This document shows positions 1 to 10,474 of a stretch of DNA of 64,000 bases, one piece after another. The DNA is taken from contig JACQTY010000103.1 in assembly GCA_016210545.1 (NCBI GenBank), forward strand, positions 194 through 64,193, given 5' to 3'. Under the pieces are notes generated by a model. That model was not told the origin of the DNA, did no database searches, and worked only from the letters and a program-made list of their open reading frames with translations. Made by a program: the position numbers and the translations under genes. Origin of the DNA: Chloroflexota bacterium. Its GTDB lineage: Bacteria; Chloroflexota; Dehalococcoidia; JACVQG01. Positions within the stretch are counted from its first letter, which is position 1. Every line of letters starts with the position of its first letter.

Positions 1-1047
1 CTTATCTATCTCCTCAATCAACGCCTTCAAATACTCCCCCTCCTCCACCGTCCGCACCGGCTTCCCTTTGCGGAACAGGGTGCCCCGGCCCTTGCCGCAG
101 GCAATGCCCACATCGGCCTCCCGGGCCTCGCCGGGGCCGTTCACCACACAACCCATGACGGCAACCTTGATAGGCTTATCCATCTTGGCCAGGCGTGACT
201 CCACGGCCCTGGCCAGCCCGATAAAGTCGTACGACTCCGAACGCCCGCAGGTGGGGCAACTGACCAGCACCGGGCCTGTCTGACGCAGGTCCAGGCTCTT
301 GAGTCTGTCGTAGCCCGCGGCCACCTCTTCAGTTGGCGGCCCGGTCAGCGATACCCGCAGGGTATCGCCGATGCCCTCGTATAGCAGGATGCCCAACCCT
401 ACAGCGCTCCGCACCAGGCCCGCCGGAGCCGGGCCAGCCTCGGTGATCCCCAGGTGGAGAGGGTAGGGCATCTTCTCGGCGATCCACCTGTAAGCCTCAA
501 CTGTGGTAGGAACGTCAAATGCCTTGAGGGATACCTTAATAAGTTCAAAGTCCAGGCTTTCCAGCAGCCTGACCTGTTCCAGGGCCACGGCCACCATCTT
601 TTCGGCAGTGGACCCGGGTAGGGACTCTGTGGACTTAGGCAGGCTGCCGGCGTTGACGCCGATGCGGATGGGTACCTGGCGCTGCTTGGCGGCATTGACC
701 ACCGCCACCACCCGCTCCCGGTCGCCAATATTGCCAGGATTCAGCCGCAGGCCATCTACGCCGGACCGAATCGCTGCCAGGGCAAGGCGATAGTCGAAAT
801 GGATATCGGCGACAACCGGGATGCTACTGGCCTTCTTGATGGGGGAAAGCGCTTCAGCGGCCTCCATGTCGGGGACCGCCAGGCGGATGATCTCGCAGCC
901 GGACTCGTGCAGCTCCTCGATCTGACGGACAGTAGCCCTGACGTCCCGGGTGTCGGTCTTGGTCATGGACTGCACGGAGATGGGCGCGCCGCCGCCTATG
1001 GTGACGCCACCAATGGAGATGGGACGGGAGAGACGCCTCCTGGTCAT
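1..1047 (-). CDS. ispG: 4-hydroxy-3-methylbut-2-enyl diphosphate synthase (IspG/GcpE), 3' end runs off window
   Basis: Reverse translation from 1047 gives MTRRRLSRPISIGGVTIGGGAPISVQSMTKTDTRDV..., then CPTCGRSESYDF and VAVMGCVVNGPGEAREADVGIAC near position 1. There is no stop codon in the window. The six-frame track misses this ORF because it is edge-truncated. Confidence 0.85.
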   Translation of the reverse strand, partial: MTRRRLSRPISIGGVTIGGGAPISVQSMTKTDTRDVRATVRQIEELHESGCEIIRLAVPDMEAAEALSPIKKASSIPVVADIHFDYRLALAAIRSGVDGLRLNPGNIGDRERVVAVVNAAKQRQVPIRIGVNAGSLPKSTESLPGSTAEKMVAVALEQVRLLESLDFELIKVSLKAFDVPTTVEAYRWIAEKMPYPLHLGITEAGPAPAGLVRSAVGLGILLYEGIGDTLRVSLTGPPTEEVAAGYDRLKSLDLRQTGPVLVSCPTCGRSESYDFIGLARAVESRLAKMDKPIKVAVMGCVVNGPGEAREADVGIACGKGRGTLFRKGKPVRTVEEGEYLKALIEEIDK

Positions 1048-1070
1048 CACAGGTATCGAGGCGTCATGGA

Positions 1071-2120
1071 CTAGCTTCCGCCGATCCATCGCAACACATC
1101 GAAGTAGGTCACCACGACTATCATTGTAATGAGTACGGCGAAGCCGACGAGATGCACCAGTCTTTCTTTGCTCGGGGAAATGCGCTTTCCTCGCCGGGCG
1201 GCCTCGATGAGCAGGAAAAAGAGGCGCCCCCCATCCAGGGCAGGAATGGGCAGCAGGTTCACAATGCCCAGGTTGATGCTGATGAAGGCAGCAAAACTCA
1301 GAAGTGGACTGACGCCCCCTTGGGCGACTTCCCCAGTCGCCCGGAAAATACCAACCGGTCCGGTGACCTCAGGGGCAGTACCGCGGGCAAACATACTGCC
1401 TATCTCGTTCCGAAACAGCTTGAACGTGTTCACCAGCGTGCGCATACCGAGTGGTATCGCCTCCCAGAAGGGGTGGGACTCAGTCACCAGTGTGAATTCC
1501 TTCATCTGGGACCTGATGCCTAGCGGGCCTTCGCCCGGCGGCGGGGCCCAGCGTGGAGTCGCCCTTACGATCTGGCGCCCACCGTCTCGCTGGACGGCCA
1601 GGGCTATCTCCTTGCCCAGGTTAAGATGGATGTCCCGGATAAGCTCTGGAGTGTTGCGTACCGGGTGATCGTTGATCTCCAGGATAACGTCGCCAGCCCT
1701 GAGCCCGGCCTGCTCCGCTGGCGTCCCCGGGGCCACCTCCTCTATAGATACAGGTCCCTGAGGCACCTGCTGCGGGATCATGAAGGTCAAGCTCAAGAGA
1801 AGCGCGGGAAGCAGAAAATTCATCAATGAGCCTGAGCTTAAGACGAGGAACCGTACAGACTTCCTCTTACTGGCAAAGCTGCCGGGGTCCTTTGGGTCTT
1901 CCTCTCCCAGGAGCCGCACGAATCCGCCCAACGGCAACGCGTTCAACGAGTATTCCGTCCCTCTCCATTTCACGCCTACGATGCGGGGAGGATAGCCAAG
2001 ACCGAATTCCTCAACCTTCACCCCTGTCAGCTTGGCGGTGACGAAGTGTCCCAGCTCGTGCACCAGAATGAGCACCACGAGCACACCCACGAAGGCAATC
2101 AAAGCCGTACCTATAGGCAT
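1071..2120 (-). CDS. rseP: RIP site-2 zinc metalloprotease RseP with PDZ domain
   Basis: HELGH zinc motif at the N-terminus, multi-pass hydrophobic segments, a central PDZ-like region and a C-terminal LDGG motif. It sits in the conserved dxr-rseP-ispG arrangement. Confidence 0.85.
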   Translation of the reverse strand: MPIGTALIAFVGVLVVLILVHELGHFVTAKLTGVKVEEFGLGYPPRIVGVKWRGTEYSLNALPLGGFVRLLGEEDPKDPGSFASKRKSVRFLVLSSGSLMNFLLPALLLSLTFMIPQQVPQGPVSIEEVAPGTPAEQAGLRAGDVILEINDHPVRNTPELIRDIHLNLGKEIALAVQRDGGRQIVRATPRWAPPPGEGPLGIRSQMKEFTLVTESHPFWEAIPLGMRTLVNTFKLFRNEIGSMFARGTAPEVTGPVGIFRATGEVAQGGVSPLLSFAAFISINLGIVNLLPIPALDGGRLFFLLIEAARRGKRISPSKERLVHLVGFAVLITMIVVVTYFDVLRWIGGS

Positions 2121-2174
2121 ACTATTACGACTCCCTCCCTATAACTCGCGACGACCTTACCCATGAAACGCCAA

Positions 2175-3338
2175 TCAGACCGCGATGGCGCCAGCTATCT
2201 CCCGCGCCCGGACGCGGCTGGACGCATCGGCCTCCAGAATGGCCTCCAGGGTCGGCCCCCGCCTGCCATCCCTCCGGATACCAGAATTCCCGCCGCACCC
2301 TTCCAGCGTGCGCTCGATAAGCCTCGGTATGTCCACAAAAGATATCCGGCCGTCAAGAAACAGCTCGACGGCCACATCATCGGCAGCCGCCAGGACCGCC
2401 GGATATGTTCCCCCCAGCTTTCCCGCTTCCAGAGCCAACCGGAGGCACGGGAACCGGTCTACAGCAGGAGATTCAAAGGTCAACGATAGAGGCTTACTCC
2501 AGTCCATACGCGGAAGGACAGGATTGGCCCACCGTTCCGGATAAGACAGGGCATACTGGATGGGCAAACGCATATCCGGCGCCCCCATCTGGGCCTTCAA
2601 CGAGCCGTCCCGGAACTCCACCAGGGAGTGAACGAGGCTCTGCGGATGGAGGACAACCTGGATCTTGTCCCAGGAAAGGTCAAATAGCCAGTGGGCTTCG
2701 ATTGCCTCCATCCCTTTGTTCATGAGGGTGGCCGAATCGACGGTCACCTTAGGCCCCATTTCCCACACAGGGTGCTTCAGCGCATCCGCCGCCGTAACGC
2801 GGGATAGTTCTTTTGCGGACAAGTTACGGAAAGGTCCGCCCGAAGCAGTCAGAAGCACCCGGGCTGCCTCACCTTTCTCGCCACGAAGACATTGCCAGAT
2901 GGCGCTGTGCTCGCTGTCCAGGGGAAGAAGTCTTGCGCCCCACTGGAGCGCTTCGGCCATGACCAACTCCCCGGCCATCACCAGGACCTCTTTGTTAGCC
3001 AGCGCCACGGTCTTGCCCGCCCGGATAGCGGACAGCGTGGGGAGTAATCCGGCCCTTCCCGCGGTGGCCACCACCACCATGTCTACCTCGGGCAGGCAGG
3101 CCATCTCCTCCATGGAAATCCACTTGCAGCCATCTTGCTCGGGGCGCCCCGCCCCTTCAAGATAGAGCCATTCAGGCCCGAACTCCCCGGCCTGTTGCTC
3201 AAGCGCCCTACGGTTGCGGCCGGCCGCTAACCCCACAACTTTCAAACGATCGGGGAAAGCCCTCACCACATCCAGCGTCTGACGACCGATGGAGCCGGTG
3301 GACCCCAGTACGGCTAATCTCTTTACCTTACGACCCAT
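2175..3338 (-). CDS. dxr: 1-deoxy-D-xylulose 5-phosphate reductoisomerase
   Basis: The internal start MGRKVKRLAVLGSTGSIG carries the NADPH-binding motif. The upstream part of the 427-aa ORF overlaps cdsA and looks non-coding. Length is about 387 aa. Confidence 0.9.
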   Translation of the reverse strand: MGRKVKRLAVLGSTGSIGRQTLDVVRAFPDRLKVVGLAAGRNRRALEQQAGEFGPEWLYLEGAGRPEQDGCKWISMEEMACLPEVDMVVVATAGRAGLLPTLSAIRAGKTVALANKEVLVMAGELVMAEALQWGARLLPLDSEHSAIWQCLRGEKGEAARVLLTASGGPFRNLSAKELSRVTAADALKHPVWEMGPKVTVDSATLMNKGMEAIEAHWLFDLSWDKIQVVLHPQSLVHSLVEFRDGSLKAQMGAPDMRLPIQYALSYPERWANPVLPRMDWSKPLSLTFESPAVDRFPCLRLALEAGKLGGTYPAVLAAADDVAVELFLDGRISFVDIPRLIERTLEGCGGNSGIRRDGRRGPTLEAILEADASSRVRAREIAGAIAV

Positions 3339-4132
3339 ATGACATAATAATACAACACCATACCTACAAAGACAATTGAATCCAGCCTGTCCAGCATGCC
3401 GCCGTGCCCCGGGATCAAGCTGCCGGAGTCCTTCACGCCCGAACGCCGCTTCAGCCACGATTCAGCCAGGTCGCCAAGCTGGGCGAAAACACCAATGAGA
3501 GCACCCAGGACGCCGGTCTCTATCGCGCTCATGGGCAACGGCTGCGCCGCGAATCGCTGGGAAAGAAACGTTACGATAAAGACGCCTGCAATTGCCCCGA
3601 GGAATCCGGCTACAGCCCCTTCCTTGGTCTTGCGCGGGCTAACTGTAGGGGCCAGCTTGTGGCGTCCCCAGGCCCGTCCGACAAAATAGGCGGCGGTATC
3701 ACAGGCAAAGGTAGCCCCAATACCCAGAAGCACCCAGTCCCTGCCCTGAGGTACCTGGCGTAGCGCGATCCACAGCCCCAGCAGGCCGCCCAGGAACAAG
3801 GCGCCCGTCAACGCCCAGCCCCAGCCTCTCACTCTGCCCCTGCGTTTACCAACACCCAGTACCTCCAGGAACACAAAACCAGGCACGAAGGCCCACGGCA
3901 TAAGTATGGTGAGCCATCGCGGGAAGTCAGGGCTGAGGATTATCAGAACAAGAGCGAGGCCCTGTCCGAGGGTTAGATACCGGCGACCCCACGCGGTCAG
4001 CCGGTACAGCTCCAGGCTAGCCGCTACGGTGGCAACGGCAACGAGGGCAATAAACCCGAACCTGCCGAACCACACGGCGGCAAACACCAGGGGCATTATG
4101 GCCAGAGAGCTGAGGACGCGATACCTTAGCAT
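3323..4132 (-). CDS. cdsA: phosphatidate cytidylyltransferase
   Basis: Polytopic membrane protein with the C-terminal GHGGMLDRLDS signature of CDP-diglyceride synthase. Confidence 0.85.
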   Translation of the reverse strand: MLRYRVLSSLAIMPLVFAAVWFGRFGFIALVAVATVAASLELYRLTAWGRRYLTLGQGLALVLIILSPDFPRWLTILMPWAFVPGFVFLEVLGVGKRRGRVRGWGWALTGALFLGGLLGLWIALRQVPQGRDWVLLGIGATFACDTAAYFVGRAWGRHKLAPTVSPRKTKEGAVAGFLGAIAGVFIVTFLSQRFAAQPLPMSAIETGVLGALIGVFAQLGDLAESWLKRRSGVKDSGSLIPGHGGMLDRLDSIVFVGMVLYYYVIWVVR

Positions 4133-4135
4133 TGG

Positions 4136-4870
4136 CTAGGCAGCTACGCCGCCCTTGCATTTTGCCGTCGGGACCAGGCCGCCGAAGCGGCGTTGCCTCT
4201 GGCTGTAGGCGCGAATAGCATCCTCGATCTCTTCCTCATCGAAGTCCGGCCAGTAGGTTGGAGTGGCATAGTATTCGCTATAGGCAGCTTGCCACAGAAG
4301 GAAGTTGCTCAAACGCAACTCTCCGCCAGTGCGAATGATAAGGTCCGGGTCGGGCAGCCCCGCCGTGAAGAGATAGCTAGCAAAAAGCTTTTCATCTATG
4401 CTCTCCGGCGGCGCCTTCTCTTCGATGAGCCGCCGCACTACACCAAGGATTTCCGCCCGTCCACCGTAATTGAACGCCAGGCTAAGGGTAATGTTAGTGT
4501 TGTGACGGGTAAGCTCTACGGCTTCCTTCACCTGGCGGACGAGGTGAGAAGAAAGCCCGTCCGTAGTACCCAGGTGGCGGATATGCACCCCCCTCTCGTG
4601 GAGGGCGCGCGTTTCTCTTTGGATGACCTGCCCCAGCAATCGGAAGAGGCCGTTGACCTCGGACCTGGGCCGGCTCCAGTTCTCAGTGGAAAAGGCATAC
4701 AGCGTAAGATACTTCACGCCGCGACCGGCAAAAGCATCGATGACCCTTCGGATGTTCTCGGTGCCCGCCCGGTGTCCCTCGACACGCGACAGGCCCCTCT
4801 GCTTGGCCCAACGGCCATTTCCATCCATTATTATGGCCACGTGTTGCGGGACCGTGGATATACTGGCCAT
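4136..4870 (-). CDS. uppS: undecaprenyl diphosphate synthase (isoprenyl transferase)
   Basis: HVAIIMDGNGRWA and YAFSTENWSRP motifs. The start was chosen at the internal Met (MASISTV...) to avoid overlap with the upstream acyl-CoA dehydrogenase. Confidence 0.88.
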   Translation of the reverse strand: MASISTVPQHVAIIMDGNGRWAKQRGLSRVEGHRAGTENIRRVIDAFAGRGVKYLTLYAFSTENWSRPRSEVNGLFRLLGQVIQRETRALHERGVHIRHLGTTDGLSSHLVRQVKEAVELTRHNTNITLSLAFNYGGRAEILGVVRRLIEEKAPPESIDEKLFASYLFTAGLPDPDLIIRTGGELRLSNFLLWQAAYSEYYATPTYWPDFDEEEIEDAIRAYSQRQRRFGGLVPTAKCKGGVAA

Positions 4871-4910
4871 GTCTTCTTGCGACGCGGCTCCTTGCTTCTT
4901 GATGGCGTTC

Positions 4911-6056
4911 CTAGGGTGCACCTATCTCCCGCCCAATGACTATGTGCTGGATTTCAGAAGTGCCCTCGGTAATAGTGTAGAGTCGGGCATCCCGATAGTA
5001 GCGCTGGACGGGCGAGTCCATCATGTAGCCGTAGCCTCCGTGGATTTCCATGGCCTCGCTGGTAATGTCCACCACCACTTCGCTGGCAAACAGTTTGGCC
5101 ATGGATGCCTCTTTCAGGCAGCGACGTTTCTGGTCATGCATCCAGGCGGCATAGTAGGTCAGCCAGCGGGCCGCCTCCAGTTGCGTCGCCATGCGGGATA
5201 GCTTGAAGCCGATCGCCTGGAATTTGCCTATCGGTTGGCCGAACTGCACCCGTTCAGAGGCATACTTCAGGGATGCCTCGTAGGCAGCCTGGGCCACACC
5301 CAGACTGCGACCGGCGTGGGAAATGCGACCGCCGTCGAGGGTCTCCATCACGTAACGGAACCCTTTACCCTCCTCACCGACCAGGTTACTCGCCGGCACC
5401 CGGCAGTTATCAAATACCAGTTCCGCAGTCCCGCCGGACCTGTTGCCCAGCTTCTCCATTTTGCGGGATACGGTAAAGCCCGGCGTCCCCTTCTCCACGA
5501 CAAATACGCTCACCCCTTTGCCGGGGCCTTTGCTCCTGTCCGTGTAGGCCGCAACGCAGACGAAATCGGCGTAGGGGCCGTTGGTGATGAATATCTTTGT
5601 GCCGTTGATGATATAATGGTCCCCGCTCCTCACGGCCTTCGTTTGCATGTTGGCGGCATCGGAGCCGGCATTGGCCTCGGTCAACCCGAAGGCAGAAATC
5701 TTCAGCCCCCTGATAGCGGGCGACAGATACTTCTGTTTTAGCTCCTCGCTGCCGTGGTCAGCGATCATTGAAGTGCCCAGTCCTGAGTGGACCATGACAG
5801 CAGAGGCAATCCCGCCCGATATGCGGGCCACCTCCTCCAGCAAGATACATTCGCTCAGTTTGCCCAGTTCAGCGGCGCCATACTTGGCTGAATACCGGGC
5901 GCAGATATAACCCAGTTCCCCCATCTTGGGGAACAGGCCCGGGGGGAAAATCTCGGTAGCCTCTGCCTCGTCCACCAGCGGCGCTATTTCCTTTTCACAG
6001 AAGCTCCGCACCGCCTGCTGAAACATCTTGTGTTCTTCTGACAGGTCAAAGTCCAT
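4911..6056 (-). CDS. acyl-CoA dehydrogenase
   Basis: 381 aa with the ACAD fold signatures GLTEANAGSD and YTITEGTSEIQ (C-terminal catalytic Glu region). Confidence 0.85.
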   Translation of the reverse strand: MDFDLSEEHKMFQQAVRSFCEKEIAPLVDEAEATEIFPPGLFPKMGELGYICARYSAKYGAAELGKLSECILLEEVARISGGIASAVMVHSGLGTSMIADHGSEELKQKYLSPAIRGLKISAFGLTEANAGSDAANMQTKAVRSGDHYIINGTKIFITNGPYADFVCVAAYTDRSKGPGKGVSVFVVEKGTPGFTVSRKMEKLGNRSGGTAELVFDNCRVPASNLVGEEGKGFRYVMETLDGGRISHAGRSLGVAQAAYEASLKYASERVQFGQPIGKFQAIGFKLSRMATQLEAARWLTYYAAWMHDQKRRCLKEASMAKLFASEVVVDITSEAMEIHGGYGYMMDSPVQRYYRDARLYTITEGTSEIQHIVIGREIGAP

Positions 6057-6065
6057 GCAATATCC

Positions 6066-6638
6066 CTAGCTTTCCAAAAGCTCAGCTTCTTTTTGTTGGC
6101 CGACCTTGTTGACATCCACCGTATGACTGTCAATCAGCTTTTGCAGCGCGTCCGTCGAGCGCTTGAGTTCATCGGTCGATATCGTCTTGGCTTTCTCCAT
6201 CTGCCGCAGTTCCTCCAGGGAATCGCGGCGGATGTTTCTCAGTTCTACCCTGGCTTGCTCAAGCCTCCTGTTTACCAAACGCGTCAATTCCAACCTCCTC
6301 TCCTCTGTGAGGGAAGGGATAGTCAGACGAATAACGGCGCCGTCGCTACTCGGCGTCAGACCCAAATCCGACTTGAGGATGGCCTTCTCGATACTTCCCA
6401 CCACGGTCCGCTCCCAGGGCTGGATGACCAGTAGCCGGGACTCAGGCGCAGATATGGCAGCGATCTGGTTGAGCGGCGTGGGGATGCCATGATAGTCCAC
6501 GCGGAGATGTTCAACCAGAGCCGGGGTAGCCCGGCCGGTACGGATACCGGCCAGTTCGCGGCGCAACGCGTCTATGGCCTTGCGCATCTGTACTTCAGTC
6601 TGGACGAGAACATCCTTGCTGGTCTTAATCTGACTCAT
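6066..6638 (-). CDS. frr: ribosome recycling factor
   Basis: About 190 aa from the internal Met MSQIKTSKD. Typical RRF coiled-coil sequence (VDYHGIPTPLNQIA...IRRD) at the expected position relative to tsf. Confidence 0.9.
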   Translation of the reverse strand: MSQIKTSKDVLVQTEVQMRKAIDALRRELAGIRTGRATPALVEHLRVDYHGIPTPLNQIAAISAPESRLLVIQPWERTVVGSIEKAILKSDLGLTPSSDGAVIRLTIPSLTEERRLELTRLVNRRLEQARVELRNIRRDSLEELRQMEKAKTISTDELKRSTDALQKLIDSHTVDVNKVGQQKEAELLES

Positions 6639-6640
6639 AG

Positions 6641-7168
6641 CTACTTCCTTGCAGCCTTCAGGCCAAAATGCCATTCGCACCACAGGGTCTCAAAGTATTT
6701 TTCCGGAGGACAAAAATTGCAGGTTACCTTGATGCGCGGGTCAAAGGTCTCAGCAAAGCTGTCGAAATACCCCTGCTCCACGCCCTTGCAACTGAAAACG
6801 CCCACGCCCGCCTTCAGCCTCTCTTGCTGGGAGGAGCACTTCAGGACTTGCAACACGGCTTCGCGTTCCGATATTTGTTCTATGCGCAGGTCGCCCCATA
6901 GCGTCCATGTGGGGGCCAGTTTCAGGGCCTTGACCACCGCCGCGATGCCATTCCCATCCACTTTGAAATTCGCTTTGACCTGGCTGGCCTCTACTTTCCC
7001 AAATCTCCGCCACACCTGCTCGTCCACCTTTATGGCATTCTCTACCCCGAATTGTTTCTCCATGCCGATGAACCAGTAGCCGTCGATGCGAAGCGTGTTG
7101 CGAAGTGCGTCGTTGAGCAGGGCCAGGATGGTCTCCCGTGGAAGCTGGGACATTTCTTCCCACTTCAT
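6641..7168 (-). CDS. hypothetical protein with a Cys-rich C-terminus, at the locus where pyrH is expected
   Basis: ORF with a strong SD (AAGGAGGTGGAG) 5 nt before the ATG at 7168. C-terminal CNFCPPEKYFETLWCEWHF. No UMP-kinase motifs. Confidence 0.5.
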   Translation of the reverse strand: MKWEEMSQLPRETILALLNDALRNTLRIDGYWFIGMEKQFGVENAIKVDEQVWRRFGKVEASQVKANFKVDGNGIAAVVKALKLAPTWTLWGDLRIEQISEREAVLQVLKCSSQQERLKAGVGVFSCKGVEQGYFDSFAETFDPRIKVTCNFCPPEKYFETLWCEWHFGLKAARK

Positions 7169-7452
7169 GTCTCCACCTCCTTTCCTGCTCCGATCCCGGG
7201 ACGCCAACAAATCAGCATATTGAAAAAAGAGATACGTTGGGATCGAACCATATCCCTCAGTATCTCAAGATTCATCGTGTGTCCAGGTCTGTAGTGGGAA
7301 ACCCGCTCTAGCCGCTGTCAGTCGACCGTTCGGACCGACTCCCACATGAGCAAATCGCGCTCAGCAGCGCCACAATCGGAACTCCCACTCCGGCGAAGGC
7401 ATGCGTTTCCCGGACTGCCCGCCGATGCCCAAAACGTAACACATCCGGCGAC

Positions 7453-7956
7453 TTAGTTACCGAGCTCGAAACGCGAGAACCGTCTCACACGTACATTCTC
7501 GCCCACCTTCGCAATGGTCTCGGTAATAAGGTCCTTCACTGATTTCCCGGGGTCCTTGATGAACGGCTGGTCCAACAGGCAGACTTCCTGGGGATTGAGC
7601 TCGGCGCCAGCCGGCATTTCCTCGCGAGTAACGAACTGAGGAGAGGTGGCTACAACCTGGAGCACCAGGTCGTGGGCCAGTTGCATAAACTCCTGTGTCC
7701 GAGCTACGAAATCGGTCTCACAGTTGACTTCCACCAGAGCACCTACCCTGCCGCCGGGATGAATATATGCCTCTACCAGGCCCTGGCCGGTGGACCGACC
7801 TGTTTTCTTTTCGGCCTTAGCCAGTCCCCGCTCCTTGAGGACCTGCATAGCTCTTTCAACGTTTCCCTCAGCCTCGGCCAGGACGTTTCGACATTCCAGC
7901 ACGCCCGCCCCGGTCCTCTCTCTCAATTCCTTAACAGCACTTGCTGTAATCTGCAA
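7453..7956 (-). CDS. tsf: elongation factor Ts (short form)
   Basis: N-terminal UBA-like segment ITASAVKELRERTGAGVLECRNVL and the EF-Ts core. Confidence 0.9.
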   Translation of the reverse strand: MQITASAVKELRERTGAGVLECRNVLAEAEGNVERAMQVLKERGLAKAEKKTGRSTGQGLVEAYIHPGGRVGALVEVNCETDFVARTQEFMQLAHDLVLQVVATSPQFVTREEMPAGAELNPQEVCLLDQPFIKDPGKSVKDLITETIAKVGENVRVRRFSRFELGN

Positions 7957-7965
7957 ATCGTCCTC

Positions 7966-8754
7966 CTACGCTGCCTTCTCATCATCCGGAGCAAAGGATA
8001 AGGTCTCCGCGGGTTGGCCAGCCACGGCGGCCGCAACCTGGGCCGTCGCCCCCTCCCGAGCTGCCTTACCTTCAAGGACCGCATCCGCCATCTTACTGGT
8101 AACAAGTTTCACGGCCCTGATAGCGTCATCGTTGGCCGGAATGATGTAATCGATAGGGTCGGGATCGCAGTTCGTGTCTACGATGGCTACGACAGGCACC
8201 TTCATTCGTTTCGCCTCGGCCAGAGCAATCTTCTCCTTGGTGGGGTCGACGATGTAAAGGGCCGACGGGGGCGCGGTCATTTCCTTGAATCCACCCATCA
8301 TGAGGTTCAGCCGTCGGATCTCCTCCTGCAACTTCAGGTTTTCCTTCTTCGGCAGGCGTTCCAATTCGCCCTTGGCCAATTGGTCCTCCAGCCGGACAAG
8401 GTAATCGATCCGCCCCTGGATGGTGGCAAAATTGGTCAGCATACCACCCAGCCAGCGCACATTGACATGAAACATGCTGCAGCGCTTCGCTTCGTTTTGG
8501 ACCGCTTCCTGGGCCTGCTTCTTGGTGCCTACGAACAAGATAGTGCCGCCGTCAGCTACAAGCTCTCGCACGAAGGCCATAGCTTTCCCCAGCATCCCGA
8601 GAGTCTGCTCCAAATCAATAATGTGAATTCCGTTGCGCTGGGTGAAGATGTACCGCTTCATCTTCGGGTTCCAGCGACTCGTCTGGTGACCGAAATGCGC
8701 TCCCGCCTCCAAAAGCTCCTTTATAGATACGGCGGGTACCGTCTGCTGTGTCAT
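7966..8754 (-). CDS. rpsB: 30S ribosomal protein S2
   Basis: Internal start [32 protein letters not shown] and the IVDTNCDPD motif. The upstream 27 codons of the ORF are likely non-coding. Confidence 0.9.
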   Translation of the reverse strand: MTQQTVPAVSIKELLEAGAHFGHQTSRWNPKMKRYIFTQRNGIHIIDLEQTLGMLGKAMAFVRELVADGGTILFVGTKKQAQEAVQNEAKRCSMFHVNVRWLGGMLTNFATIQGRIDYLVRLEDQLAKGELERLPKKENLKLQEEIRRLNLMMGGFKEMTAPPSALYIVDPTKEKIALAEAKRMKVPVVAIVDTNCDPDPIDYIIPANDDAIRAVKLVTSKMADAVLEGKAAREGATAQVAAAVAGQPAETLSFAPDDEKAA

Positions 8755-8785
8755 TGGCTCCTTTCTGCCTGTCCGTATTAGTGTA

Positions 8786-10222
8786 CTACAGGATATACCT
8801 GCTGAGGTCGTCATCCGCGACCAGGCCCCCGACATGCTGGTCTACGTAGTTCTTGTCCACTACAATAGTCTGTCCGGCCATCTCCGGGGCCGAGAAATTG
8901 AGCTCTTCCAGCGCCTTTTCCATTATGGTGTATAGACGCCGGGCGCCTATGTTCTCAACTCTTTCGTTCATCAAGGCGGCCAGCCGCGCCACTTCGTCAA
9001 TGGCATCCTCGGCGAAGACCAGATCTATCCCTTCTGTCTTCAACAGGGCCTGATATTGTTTGGTAAGCGCGTTCCTGGGTTCGACGAGTATCCTCTTCAG
9101 GTCTTCCTGGCTGAGAGGCGACAGCTCCACGCGGAGCGGGAACCGTCCCTGTAGCTCAGGAATAAGGTCTGCCGGCTTACTCTGATAGAACGCACCAGCA
9201 GCGATGAAAAGTACGTGCTCCGTCTTGACCGGGCCGAAACGAGTCATGACCGTCGTGCCCTCTACTATGGGCAAGAGGTCCCTTTGCACACCCTCTCCGG
9301 ATACGTCCCGCCCCACTTCGACACGCGGCCCAGCCAGCTTGTCCAGTTCGTCGATAAAGACTACGCCGTTTTCCTCTACATGGTCTATGGCGCTGTCTAC
9401 GACATCGTCAAAGTCCACCAGACGATTGGCCTCTTCCCTCGTCAGAATGCGGCGGGCGTCCTTTACCGCGACCTTCCTCCATCGCCTTTCTTTTGGATAG
9501 CTACGGTGCGACGTAAGAAGCCCATAGTTGTCGGACATATCCCCGAAGGAATCAGCTGTGTCCTCCGGGTTCAGCCGGAGGTCTGGAGGTCCCGGCTCTT
9601 CATACTCCACACCTACCTCTATGTCCAGGAGCTGGTCCTCTAGTTGTTTGGCCTTCACCAGATTCGCCACGAACTGCCTGTACCGGTAAGGACGCCTCTT
9701 TGTCTTCAGACTGGTCTTATCCGCAATCAGAGACGTCCTCGGCTCTTCAACGCCGAGGGACTTCACGCCTTCAGCCCGGACGGCTGCTTTGGCCACCCCC
9801 CTTGGCCATTGCTGGCACAAGTAGTCTACGATCCTTTCGGTGGCTAGTTTCTCTGCCTTAAGCTCTACGTCCTTGAGCTTCCTGTCATACCCCCGGGTTA
9901 CCGCGGCCTCTACCAGGTCAGTGATAATAGATTCCACGTCCCTGCCAACATACCCCACTTCAGTGAACTTGGTCGCCTCTACCTTGGTGAAAGGTGCATC
10001 TATGAGAGCAGACATCCGCCGCGCGATCTCAGTCTTGCCGACCCCGGTAGGCCCTATCATCAGGATGTTCTTCGGCATAACGTCCTGCCTTAGCTCCGGT
10101 GATAAATGACGGCGTCTCTCCCTGTTCCGTAGGGCTATGGCAACCACTTTCTTCGCCTGGCTCTGCCCTACAACATACTTATCAAGCTCTCTTACAATAG
10201 CTTTGGGAGTAAGGTTATCCAT
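8786..10222 (-). CDS. hslU: ATP-dependent protease ATPase subunit HslU
   Basis: Start at [20 protein letters not shown]. Walker [10 protein letters not shown], an intermediate domain and the C-terminal [13 protein letters not shown]...SRYIL. No hslV ORF lies in the adjacent 200 bp. Confidence 0.9.
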   Translation of the reverse strand: MDNLTPKAIVRELDKYVVGQSQAKKVVAIALRNRERRRHLSPELRQDVMPKNILMIGPTGVGKTEIARRMSALIDAPFTKVEATKFTEVGYVGRDVESIITDLVEAAVTRGYDRKLKDVELKAEKLATERIVDYLCQQWPRGVAKAAVRAEGVKSLGVEEPRTSLIADKTSLKTKRRPYRYRQFVANLVKAKQLEDQLLDIEVGVEYEEPGPPDLRLNPEDTADSFGDMSDNYGLLTSHRSYPKERRWRKVAVKDARRILTREEANRLVDFDDVVDSAIDHVEENGVVFIDELDKLAGPRVEVGRDVSGEGVQRDLLPIVEGTTVMTRFGPVKTEHVLFIAAGAFYQSKPADLIPELQGRFPLRVELSPLSQEDLKRILVEPRNALTKQYQALLKTEGIDLVFAEDAIDEVARLAALMNERVENIGARRLYTIMEKALEELNFSAPEMAGQTIVVDKNYVDQHVGGLVADDDLSRYIL

Positions 10223-10474
10223 ATAGGCGTTACATATCCCCCGTCGGTCTGATTTAGTGTAGCACAAGCTTCTGTAAAGGGCAACAGCATGGCGCTGAGC
10301 GCGACCCGATAGCCCATCTGCCCCGGCTGCCGAAGGCGGCGCGGGCCGACGGCCAGAGCCCTCAAGGAATAGCTCGCTATGGTTGCGTGATGTGGAACGT
10401 CAACTCTGAAGGCGGCTGGCGTCCCTCGACAAGCAACAATACTGGACTACCAGCATACGAAAAGAAGACACGTC

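Noticed and set aside
3339-3458. N-terminal extensions given by the longest-ORF track. They are dxr to 3458, uppS to 4921, frr to 6683, rpsB to 8835, hslU to 10267, M16 to 15584, the PBP from 16901, ABC ATPase to 52384, cupin B to 59791 and SBP-C to 62505.
   Set aside because: The extensions overlap neighbouring genes or translate to low-complexity sequence. Internal Met/GTG starts restore canonical N-termini and sensible RBS spacing.
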